Shown: piece by piece, positions 7,874 to 16,728 of the stretch | Layout of the letters: every line of letters starts with the position of its first letter | How positions within the stretch are numbered: position 1 is the stretch's first letter | Assembly (NCBI GenBank): GCA_965208675.1 | Contig: OZ242351.1 | Span: 2,208,001 to 2,272,000, forward strand | DNA: 64,000 nucleotides | Origin: Candidatus Poribacteria bacterium | Lineage (GTDB): Bacteria; Poribacteria; WGA-4E; PCPOR2b | Direction: 5' to 3' | The notes under the pieces: generated by a model | Databases searched by the model: none | Told to the model about the DNA's origin: nothing | What the model saw: only the letters and a program-made list of their open reading frames with translations | Made by a program: the position numbers and the translations under genes

Positions 7874-10360
7874 ATGAAAATAACCCTGAAGTTAGTAATC
7901 ATCTTACTAGCCGTATCTTCAATAACGGCGTCTGCTCAAGATTTCTCGCAATGGGATTTACCGGAAGGTGCTAAACAACGCCTCGGCAAGGGATGGATAC
8001 GAGATATTCAGTATTCTCCTACTCGTCCGCATCTCGCGGTTGCAGGTTCAATCGGGATTTGGATATATGACACAACGACCAACCGCGAGATTGATTTGCT
8101 GACCGGGCACACCCGGACGGTCAATGCGATAGCGTATGCTCCGAATGGCAACTTGATAGCGAGTGGGAGCAGCGACGACTCCATCCGGATCTGGGATGCG
8201 GTGACGGGCGAGGAAATCAGAACGATATGGGGACATGAAGATGCTATCTGGAGTTTGGCTTTTAGCGTCGACGGCGCCACACTTGCCAGCGGGAGCAACG
8301 ACAAGACAATTCGAATATGGGAAGTTGGCACGGGCGAGGAACTTGGAAAGCTGACCGGACATACCGATTGGGTGAATAGTGTGGCTTTCAGTCCGACACA
8401 CAATGTCCTCGCCAGCGGAAGCTGGGATCATACCGTCCGTTTGTGGGATTTGGACACAGGCGAGGAAATCCGAACCTTCCCGCCGCATTCATCTTTGGTG
8501 CGGTCTGTGGCTTTCAGCCCCGATGGGAACATGCTCGCCAGTTCGGATTTTGACGCCATAATCCGTTTGTGGGATGTTGAAGCTGGAACAGAAATCAGAA
8601 CATTCAGGGGCCACACTTCGGATGTTTTCGACATCACCTTCTCGTTGGATGGCAAGACGCTCGCGAGCGCTAGCGAGGACGACACCATCCGCCTGTGGGA
8701 TATCGAAACCGGCGCAGAACGAAAGAGAATTACCGGACATACGGCTGATGTTTACAGCATTGTATACAGTCACGACGGCGGGACGCTAGCCAGCGGCGGG
8801 TATGACGCTACCATTAAATTCTGGGATGCCGAGACCGGAGACGAGATTAGCAGCATCACCGGACACACAGATCTTGTTTTGAGCGTGGTTTTTACGCCTG
8901 ACGGCCGCACGCTTGTTGGAAGAAGTTGGGACAAAACCGTCCGCCTCTGGAACACTGATACGGGTCAGCTTGATAACGTGCTGGTAGGGCATACGGATGA
9001 TGTAGATGTTGTGGTTTTCAGCCCTGACGGCAGCAAAATTGCCAGCGGCAGCCAAGATGACACCGTACGTGTATGGGATGCGAACTCCGGAGAACTTCTG
9101 AGAACGCTGGTTGGACACTGGGCTTACCTGATTAGTTTAGCCTTCAGTCCCGACGGGAGTATACTGGCAAGCGGCAGCGAGGACGATGTTGTTCGATTAT
9201 GGCATACGGCCACTGGTCTGCGGTTGGATTTTCTTTACGGCCACGCGGCTGGCGTTGAGAGCATTGCTTTTCATCCCTCTGGCGAGATTCTCGCCAGCGG
9301 CAGCCGCGACGACTCAATTCGTATATGGGATGTCCCCTCCGGTAGAACACAGATAGCAATTAGGGAACATGAAGGCGATGTACTTAGCGTCGACTTCAAT
9401 TTTGACGGTTCATTGCTCGCCAGCGGCAGCCAAGACCGAACCATCAGGCTGTGGGATCCTACAACGGGCGATGCGATTCGGACGCTAAACGGGCACGAGA
9501 GCGGCGTCCGAACCCTTAAGTTTAGCCCTGATGGACGCACGATTGCCAGCGGGAGCCGAGATAACACCGTTCGGGTGTGGAACGCCGCTTCGGGCGAACT
9601 AATGAACACGTTTGCCGGACATACGGCTGGTGTTAGGAGCGTTGCTTTTAGCCCTGACGGCAGCATAATCGCCAGTGGAGGATGGGATGGCACGGTGTTG
9701 ATTTGGGACGCGCCGATACTGCCTCCGGAGGTTATCGAAGAGCCGCTGAACGCGGATTTAGACGGAGATGGGATGGTCGATATTGCCGACCTTGTGCTGG
9801 TCGCTTCTGCCTTTGGCGAATCAGGGGAGAATCTGACAGCCGATGTGAATGGAGACGGGGAAGTTGATATAGCCGACCTAGTAGCGGTCGCTGGCGCTTT
9901 CGGGACGGAGATTGCCGCATCACCGGCGCGTCCTGAAATCGCGGCGGTGCTGAACGAAGCGGACGTAAGGGAGTGGCTTATACAAGCTCAGCAGTTACGG
10001 CTATCTGATTCGAAATCGCGGAGAGGCATTCTCTTCTTGGAACAACTCCTCTTAGCGTTTCGCCCAACAGAAACGGCGTTGTTGCCGAACTATCCTAATC
10101 CGTTCAATCCGGAAACGTGGATTCCGTATCACCTTGCGGAAGACGCCGGTGTGCAGGTTACAATCTATGACGCCAACGGCAAGTTAGTCAGGCGTATCGA
10201 TCTGGGACATCAACCTGCGGGCTACTACACCGATCAACGCCTTGCAGTATATTGGGATGGCCAAAATCAGCGGGGCGAGGCTGTAGCAAGCGGTGTGTAT
10301 TTCTACACCTTGTCCACCGCGGGTTATGTGGAAACGAGGAAAATGACGATACAGAAATAG
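7874..10360 (+). CDS. Secreted WD40-repeat protein with dockerin-like domain and C-terminal FlgD-Ig/T9SS-like sorting domain
   Basis: Signal peptide, about 14 GH...WD repeats, paired DLDGDGMVDIADL/DVNGDGEVDIADL, LLPNYPNPFNPETWIPY; ATG at 7874 after AAGGAG. Confidence 0.9.
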   Translation: MKITLKLVIILLAVSSITASAQDFSQWDLPEGAKQRLGKGWIRDIQYSPTRPHLAVAGSIGIWIYDTTTNREIDLLTGHTRTVNAIAYAPNGNLIASGSSDDSIRIWDAVTGEEIRTIWGHEDAIWSLAFSVDGATLASGSNDKTIRIWEVGTGEELGKLTGHTDWVNSVAFSPTHNVLASGSWDHTVRLWDLDTGEEIRTFPPHSSLVRSVAFSPDGNMLASSDFDAIIRLWDVEAGTEIRTFRGHTSDVFDITFSLDGKTLASASEDDTIRLWDIETGAERKRITGHTADVYSIVYSHDGGTLASGGYDATIKFWDAETGDEISSITGHTDLVLSVVFTPDGRTLVGRSWDKTVRLWNTDTGQLDNVLVGHTDDVDVVVFSPDGSKIASGSQDDTVRVWDANSGELLRTLVGHWAYLISLAFSPDGSILASGSEDDVVRLWHTATGLRLDFLYGHAAGVESIAFHPSGEILASGSRDDSIRIWDVPSGRTQIAIREHEGDVLSVDFNFDGSLLASGSQDRTIRLWDPTTGDAIRTLNGHESGVRTLKFSPDGRTIASGSRDNTVRVWNAASGELMNTFAGHTAGVRSVAFSPDGSIIASGGWDGTVLIWDAPILPPEVIEEPLNADLDGDGMVDIADLVLVASAFGESGENLTADVNGDGEVDIADLVAVAGAFGTEIAASPARPEIAAVLNEADVREWLIQAQQLRLSDSKSRRGILFLEQLLLAFRPTETALLPNYPNPFNPETWIPYHLAEDAGVQVTIYDANGKLVRRIDLGHQPAGYYTDQRLAVYWDGQNQRGEAVASGVYFYTLSTAGYVETRKMTIQK

Positions 10361-10428
10361 GCGTAAGTATGCAAACCTTCACACGCAAATATACGCAACA
10401 CACGATACCATTTATGGAGAATTCTAGC

Positions 10429-13182
10429 ATGAAAATAGTTTCGACGATATTTTTCCTTTTCTTTGCAATTTCACTGCACTGCCTTGCACAAGACCCTTCA
10501 CAGTGGGATTTGCCTGAAGACGCCAGAGAGCGCGTCGGCAAAGGTTGGATTACGGAAATTCAGTATTCGCCCGACGGCTCCCGTCTGGCAGTAGCGAGTT
10601 CTATCGGCATTTGGATCTATGACACCGAGACATTTAAAGAGGTTTCGTTGCTTTCCGCGCACACGGAGGAGGTCACCGCACTGGCATATTCCATTGATGG
10701 CAGAATACTCGCCAGCGGGAGTTGGGATAGGACCATACGGTTGTGGGATCCTGAAACTGGTGAGGTGCTGCAAACCCTCGAAGGGCATTGGAGTGGAATC
10801 CGCAGCATAGACATTAACTCGGATGTGACCACGCTTGTCAGCGCGAGTTACGACCGGACCGTCCGGCTTTGGGATATTGAGACTGGCGACGAGATTCGAA
10901 TTCTCTGGGGGCATCGAGATCGCGTCAATACCGTTGCATTCAGTCCGGATGGCACTATGCTCGCCACCGGGAGTTGGGACCAAACTGCGCGTTTGTGGGA
11001 TGCCGCCACAGGTGAACAACTCCAAATCATCACCGCACACAGGTCGCTGGTTCAAGCCGTAGCGTTCAGTCCGGACGGGGAGACGCTTGCCACCGGAGAT
11101 TACAACGGTGAGATTCACCTCTGGGACATTGCCACAGAGACGCAGACTGCGGTCCTCACCGATCATACCTCGCTTATCTTCGATCTCGCCTTTTCTCCGC
11201 TAGACGGAGGCACGTTGGCAAGTGCAAGCGAAGACGACACCATCCGCCTTTGGGACACCGAGGCTGGCACGCTTAAGAAGACGATTACCGAGCATACCGC
11301 CGATGTCGTCAGAATTGTATTCAGTCCTGACGGCAGTACAATAGCCAGCGGGGCGTGGGATGCGACTGTCCGTTTTTGGAACGCGGAGACTGGTTCGCAC
11401 CTCAATACCATCACGGGCCACGCCGATGTGGTCTTGAACGTTAGTTTCAGACCGGACGGCCGTGCGCTTATTGGGCGAAGTTGGGACTCTACCATTCGGT
11501 TATGGAACACTGAAACGGGAAAACTTGATCATATCTTGTTTGGACATACCGACGATGTAGGGATCGTTGTTTTCAGTCCGGATGGGCACACACTGGCTAG
11601 CGGCAGCGAAGACCATACTGTCCGCTTATGGGATGTTGAAACCGGGGCGCACTTGAAAACACTTGTCGGTCACAGAGCCTATCTGATTAGCCTTGCCTTC
11701 AACGCCGATGGAACAATGCTTGCCAGCGGCAGCGAAGACGATGATATCCGCTTGTGGGATGTGGCAACCGGAGCGCGGCTGAGAACACTCGCCGGACATA
11801 CGACAGGGGTGGAGGGACTGGCTTTTAGTCCCGATGGCCACACGCTCGCGAGCGCAAGCCGAGACAATTCTGTCCGTTTATGGGATGTCGAAACCGGCAA
11901 GGAATTGCATAAGCTGGAAGGGCACCGCGGTGATGCGATTACCGTTGCTTTCAGTCCTGACGGAAACACGGTTGCGAGCGGCGGTTGGGACGCTGTCATC
12001 CGTTTGTGGGACGTTTCGACCGGGGAGTTGCGGGAATCCGTCGAGTCGTTTCACACCGGCATTAAGAGCATAACCTACAGTCCGGATGGTGAAAAGATTG
12101 CTACAGGAAGTTGGGATAATACGGTTCGCCTTTGGGACACTAAAACGCTTGCACGTATCAAGACATTACATGGACACAAATCATTCGTCTATAGCGTCGC
12201 ATTCAACGGGGACGGCAGCGTAATTGGCAGCGGCGGGGTTGACGGTACGCTATTGCTGTGGGAGATGCCGCCGTTACCGCCAATCTTTGTCAAGACGCTA
12301 GCACAGGGATTGAACATGATTTCTCTGCCGCTAATGCCTGAGGACCCGATTTCTGCGCGCGCGCTCGCTCAGATGGCGAATGCCACCGCAGTCATTCGAT
12401 TCGACAGAGAGACCCAGGGCTTCATAGCTTTCACGGATGATGAGCGCGGGTCGGGCTTCCCGATTGAAGGCGGAGAGGCTTATATCGTCAACACGCCGGA
12501 TGGCGGCTCTGTGGCATTCTCCGGTGAGGCGTGGGAGAACGAATCCGCGGCCGCACCTGGGGCCAATCAATTTAGAGAAGCTTGGGCATTTATCGTGGCT
12601 AGCGATTTGAAAAATGCCGAGGCTGATACCAATTATGCTGTAATTGCCGAGAATCTGCGTACCGGTGTTGTTGTAACTGACGAAATCGCCCCTAACAAAA
12701 CACGCGTTGCTGCCGTTTGGGCCGATCTCAATCGGAATAGTGTGGTGCAAGCAGGCGATAGGTTGGACATTACAGTGATTGATGACGGCGGGAACATCGT
12801 TTCGGGTCCGCATCATCACACAGTCAACATTGCCGACATCCGAAGGGCTTACAAGCGGGTGTCGCTGGTTGTTGGTGACATACGTCCAGAGCAGACACTC
12901 CTAGCACAGAATTTTCCCAATCCATTCAACCCTGAGACGTGGTTGCCTTACCAGCTCAGCCAATCCGGTTTTGCCGCCATACAGATATATGATGCGTCTG
13001 GGCGTCTCATACGGACGCTTGACCTTGGAATTAAACCGGCGGGATACTACATGACACGATCCAAAGCCGCATACTGGGATGGCCGCAACAGTTCCGGTGA
13101 ACGTGTTGCCTCTGGAAGTTACTTCTACACGCTCGAAACGGACGAATTTTCCGCGACGCGTAAGATGTTGATAGCCAAATAG
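10429..13182 (+). CDS. Secreted WD40-repeat protein (paralog) with accessory domain and FlgD-Ig C-terminus
   Basis: Start MKIVSTIF after GGAGA, about 14 WD repeats, LAQNFPNPFNPETWLPY. Confidence 0.9.
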   Translation: MKIVSTIFFLFFAISLHCLAQDPSQWDLPEDARERVGKGWITEIQYSPDGSRLAVASSIGIWIYDTETFKEVSLLSAHTEEVTALAYSIDGRILASGSWDRTIRLWDPETGEVLQTLEGHWSGIRSIDINSDVTTLVSASYDRTVRLWDIETGDEIRILWGHRDRVNTVAFSPDGTMLATGSWDQTARLWDAATGEQLQIITAHRSLVQAVAFSPDGETLATGDYNGEIHLWDIATETQTAVLTDHTSLIFDLAFSPLDGGTLASASEDDTIRLWDTEAGTLKKTITEHTADVVRIVFSPDGSTIASGAWDATVRFWNAETGSHLNTITGHADVVLNVSFRPDGRALIGRSWDSTIRLWNTETGKLDHILFGHTDDVGIVVFSPDGHTLASGSEDHTVRLWDVETGAHLKTLVGHRAYLISLAFNADGTMLASGSEDDDIRLWDVATGARLRTLAGHTTGVEGLAFSPDGHTLASASRDNSVRLWDVETGKELHKLEGHRGDAITVAFSPDGNTVASGGWDAVIRLWDVSTGELRESVESFHTGIKSITYSPDGEKIATGSWDNTVRLWDTKTLARIKTLHGHKSFVYSVAFNGDGSVIGSGGVDGTLLLWEMPPLPPIFVKTLAQGLNMISLPLMPEDPISARALAQMANATAVIRFDRETQGFIAFTDDERGSGFPIEGGEAYIVNTPDGGSVAFSGEAWENESAAAPGANQFREAWAFIVASDLKNAEADTNYAVIAENLRTGVVVTDEIAPNKTRVAAVWADLNRNSVVQAGDRLDITVIDDGGNIVSGPHHHTVNIADIRRAYKRVSLVVGDIRPEQTLLAQNFPNPFNPETWLPYQLSQSGFAAIQIYDASGRLIRTLDLGIKPAGYYMTRSKAAYWDGRNSSGERVASGSYFYTLETDEFSATRKMLIAK

Positions 13183-13428
13183 TATCAAGTGACCAGATGA
13201 TTGTCGCCTACGCTGTCTTTGATACAAGCAGTGCGACACTTAGGCTGTATCGCGTCGCGGTTTTAATTTGAGCTCCATGAGTCGATTGTAATTGATGACA
13301 ATGCCGTCTCCTTATCGCTTAGCTCATGGGGTCATTTGATACATAACTAAAAACTAAAATTACGGCAGTCATCTGTACGGATGGTTGAGCCAATTCACTT
13401 TATCTTCAAAGTAGGAGATTCTTAAGAA

Positions 13429-13929
13429 ATGCCAACTCCAAGTGCACCTATGCCGGGCATGACTTGGCTATACTTTGTGTTAATTACAGTCTTTTCTTGG
13501 GGGCTTTACGGTGTTTTGCTTCATACGGGCCAGATGTCTATGGGCGACCCGGTCCATGGGCGTTACAAATCATTTCTCTTCGTCGGGAGCGCTTATTTAC
13601 TGATTGCGGTTCTGGCGCCGACGGTCATGTTAATCGCCAATGGCGCATCATGGAGTTTTCCGGTAAAAGGTATTCTCTGGTCAACCCTTGCGGGAGTCGT
13701 CGGGGCAGTGGGGGCATTCTGCGTTCTATTGGCGTTTGGGGCGAAGGGTATACCAAGCGTAGTCATGTCTATCATTTTTGCCGGCGCGCCGATTGTCAAT
13801 GCGATTGCTGCGATGGTGATGCACCCGCCCGCCGGCGGTTTAAGTTCGCTGCGTTGGCCCTTTGTTCTAGGCATCCTTTTGGCAGCGCTCGGCGGCTGCC
13901 TCGTGACCCTTTTTAGACCCGGATCGTAG
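13429..13929 (+). CDS. Small integral membrane protein, DMT/EamA-like
   Basis: Five hydrophobic helices; GVVGAVGAFC and IIFAGAPIVNA. Confidence 0.7.
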   Translation: MPTPSAPMPGMTWLYFVLITVFSWGLYGVLLHTGQMSMGDPVHGRYKSFLFVGSAYLLIAVLAPTVMLIANGASWSFPVKGILWSTLAGVVGAVGAFCVLLAFGAKGIPSVVMSIIFAGAPIVNAIAAMVMHPPAGGLSSLRWPFVLGILLAALGGCLVTLFRPGS

Positions 13930-14286
13930 GGTATCAATTGACCGAATGGGAAACAAAAAAGTATCACCGACAGGGTACTGACCACAATAGTCGCTGAAAG
14001 CTATCGCAGCCGCTATTCGGTCTTGCGAACCTGCCTTCTCCCGTCAGAACTTTCGCCTTGGACATTCAAAGGTTCGTAGTAGGGATCAATTGAGCGTATA
14101 GCGAAGGCGATAGAAATTCCTCATTGTTGCCCGTTTCCACACAGAACAAAATGTCAGGTCAAGGACATGAACGACCTGCCAGGCGCGCAATAAATTTCGT
14201 TACTACAAACTGAACTGCGTAAGCCCTTCAGTTTGTTGATCACATCAGATACTTACTTTGGTTCTTAAAGGTTTTTGGAGAGTACC

Positions 14287-15549
14287 ATGTTAGGACTCAT
14301 CACCCTATTGTTGGAAAACTCGGGCATAGATGCCGCGATAGCGGAAATTCTGGCGAGAGGTGTGGTCATTGCGCTTATAATCGTAATTAGTGTGCTTACC
14401 AACTTTCTTGTTAAACGGCCGATTCTGGCTTTTCTGACCAATCTGATTGCCCGCACACAAACGACATGGGATGACACATTTGTTGAGAAAAAAGTGCTTA
14501 ATCAACTGGCGCATCTCGCGCCTGCGATGGTGATTTACGTTACGGCGCCGCTAGCATTAGAGGGATATGGAAATGCAATAAGGTTTGTTACCGCTACAGT
14601 GCAAATCTATATGATTCTTGTCGGCATCCTAGTCATCAATGCGTTTCTCAATGCTGTTCTTGATATTTACCGATCCTTCGACGTTGCGAGAGAAATCCCT
14701 ATCAAGGGTTTTATCCAGGTTGCAAAGATAGTTATCTATTTAGTGGGCGGTATTTTAATTGTTTGCATTTTAATGGATAAAACACCGCTCGTTTTCCTCA
14801 GCGGACTCGGTGCGTTGACCGCCATACTGTTGCTAATTTTCAGAGACGCCATTCTTGGGTTCGTCGCAGGTATACAATTGATTACCAACAAGATGTTATC
14901 GCGGGGGGATTGGATTGAAATGCCCAAGTACGGCGCAGACGGCGATGTGCTGGATGTTGCCTTAACAACGGTCAAAGTTCAAAATTGGGATAAAACAATC
15001 ACGACGATTCCGACTTATGCACTGATTAGCAATTCTTTCAAGAACTGGCGGGGCATGCAAGAATCCGGCGGGCGCCGCATCAAACGGTCAATTTATGTTG
15101 ATGTAAATACGATTAAACTGTGCACTGAGGAGATGCTGGGACGATTTTCCAAAATACAGTACATTTCGGAGTATATCGAAAGGAAAAAGGAAGAGGTCGC
15201 TGCGTACAACACGGAATCACACGTAGATGAGACAAGCGTTGTGAACGGGAGACGGCTATCCAACATTGGGACATTTCGCGCCTATGTCGTCTCCTATTTG
15301 AAAAACCACCCGATGATTAATCAAGACATGACCTTTCTTGTCCGCCAGTTGGCACCCACAGAACACGGTCTGCCGCTCGAAATCTACGTATTCTGCAAAG
15401 ATATAGTCTGGGCGAACTACGAAGCGATTCAGGCAGACATTTTCGATCACATCCTGGCGGTTGTGCCTGAATTTGATTTGAGAGTCTTTCAACATCCATC
15501 GGGAAGCGATTTCAGTAAATTCGGGAGCAAAAATGAAGCCCGATCGTAA
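14287..15549 (+). CDS. Mechanosensitive channel, MscS family (YbdG/MscM-like)
   Basis: GDWIEMPKYGADGDV, NWDKTITTIPTYALIS, FKNWRGMQESGGRRIKR. Confidence 0.92.
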   Translation: MLGLITLLLENSGIDAAIAEILARGVVIALIIVISVLTNFLVKRPILAFLTNLIARTQTTWDDTFVEKKVLNQLAHLAPAMVIYVTAPLALEGYGNAIRFVTATVQIYMILVGILVINAFLNAVLDIYRSFDVAREIPIKGFIQVAKIVIYLVGGILIVCILMDKTPLVFLSGLGALTAILLLIFRDAILGFVAGIQLITNKMLSRGDWIEMPKYGADGDVLDVALTTVKVQNWDKTITTIPTYALISNSFKNWRGMQESGGRRIKRSIYVDVNTIKLCTEEMLGRFSKIQYISEYIERKKEEVAAYNTESHVDETSVVNGRRLSNIGTFRAYVVSYLKNHPMINQDMTFLVRQLAPTEHGLPLEIYVFCKDIVWANYEAIQADIFDHILAVVPEFDLRVFQHPSGSDFSKFGSKNEARS

Positions 15550-15567
15550 CGCACTGGAGCACGACCT

Positions 15568-16002
15568 ATGCCACACGAATACCACACAAAACGGCGAGTA
15601 GAATTTTCTGACACGGACATGGCTGGCATTGTCCACTTTTCGCGGTTTTTTGTCTTTATGGAGTCTGCCGAGCATCAATTCTTACGTTCTTTGGGAACCA
15701 GCGTTACCACGGAATGGAATGGAGACATTATCAGTTGGCCGAGGTTAGCAGCTTCATGCGAATACCTCAACCCCGCGAATTTTGAAGATGAACTGAAAAT
15801 CCATCTCACGGTTCGGAGAAAGGGGACCAAATCCCTCACCTACCTGTTCGTTTTTACGAAGGGCGATGTGGACATCGCTCGGGGCAAATTGTCCGTTGTG
15901 TGCTGTATCTGCAACCCAGGCGAAAGGGTGCGCGCCATCCCGATACCGGACTATATCGCCGACCAAATTGAAGAAGCGCCGCGCACCGAATTGGACGGTT
16001 GA
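15568..16002 (+). CDS. Acyl-CoA thioesterase (4HBT/YbgC hotdog fold)
   Basis: RVEFSDTDMAGIVHFSRFF. Confidence 0.9.
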   Translation: MPHEYHTKRRVEFSDTDMAGIVHFSRFFVFMESAEHQFLRSLGTSVTTEWNGDIISWPRLAASCEYLNPANFEDELKIHLTVRRKGTKSLTYLFVFTKGDVDIARGKLSVVCCICNPGERVRAIPIPDYIADQIEEAPRTELDG

Positions 16003-16038
16003 CACTCAACTAAGGATGCAACAACGAAATCCTGAATT

Positions 16039-16728
16039 ATGATGACATCGGACTCAACCTCACTCAAAGTCTCAGAAGTTTATAAGAACTTCGGGCATGA
16101 ATCGCGTGAGGTCGAGGTGCTTCGCGGCGTTTCGCTTGAGATGGGCGGCGGCGAATCCCTTGCAATAACCGGCCCCTCCGGCTCCGGGAAAAGTACGTTA
16201 CTGCACCTGATTGGTACGTTGGACAGACCGTCATCGGGAATTATAAAAATCAACGATAAAGACCCGTTTGCGCTGCCTGAACCGCAACTCGCCAAATTTC
16301 GGAACCGGGTGATTGGCTTCGTCTTTCAAGACCACCATCTGTTGCCGCAGTATTCGGTTTTGGAAAATGTACTCATTCCTACCATGGCTTTTAAGCGATC
16401 GAACGGCGGTGCCGAAGCGCGAGCGAAAGTGCTGCTAGAAAGCGTTGGACTTACTCACCGACTGAGCCATCGCCCCGCTGAACTCTCCGGCGGTGAATGT
16501 CAGCGCGTCGCTGTGGCACGCGCGCTTATAAATCGTCCGAGCCTTCTTCTCTGCGATGAACCCACGGGAAATCTTGACCGTGCTACGGCTGACACGGTCT
16601 CGTCGCTTTTATTTGAACTACACGAGGTTGAGCAAAATATCCTGATTGTCGTAACACACAGCCTTGAACTTTCAACTCGACTTGGGCGCTGTCTCGAACT
16701 GGAGGAAGGCACTTGCGTCGAAGTTTAA
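16039..16728 (+). CDS. ABC transporter ATP-binding protein (LolD/MacB-like)
   Basis: GPSGSGKST, LSGGE, LLLCDEPTGNLD. Confidence 0.95.
   Translation: MMTSDSTSLKVSEVYKNFGHESREVEVLRGVSLEMGGGESLAITGPSGSGKSTLLHLIGTLDRPSSGIIKINDKDPFALPEPQLAKFRNRVIGFVFQDHHLLPQYSVLENVLIPTMAFKRSNGGAEARAKVLLESVGLTHRLSHRPAELSGGECQRVAVARALINRPSLLLCDEPTGNLDRATADTVSSLLFELHEVEQNILIVVTHSLELSTRLGRCLELEEGTCVEV

Noticed and set aside
10252-10428. N-terminal extension of the second WD40 ORF overlapping the first gene
   Set aside because: RBS and signal peptide point to ATG 10429
8008-12819. Many antisense and alternate-frame ORFs over the WD40 genes
   Set aside because: Shadow ORFs of repetitive coding sequence, with no RBS or recognisable motifs
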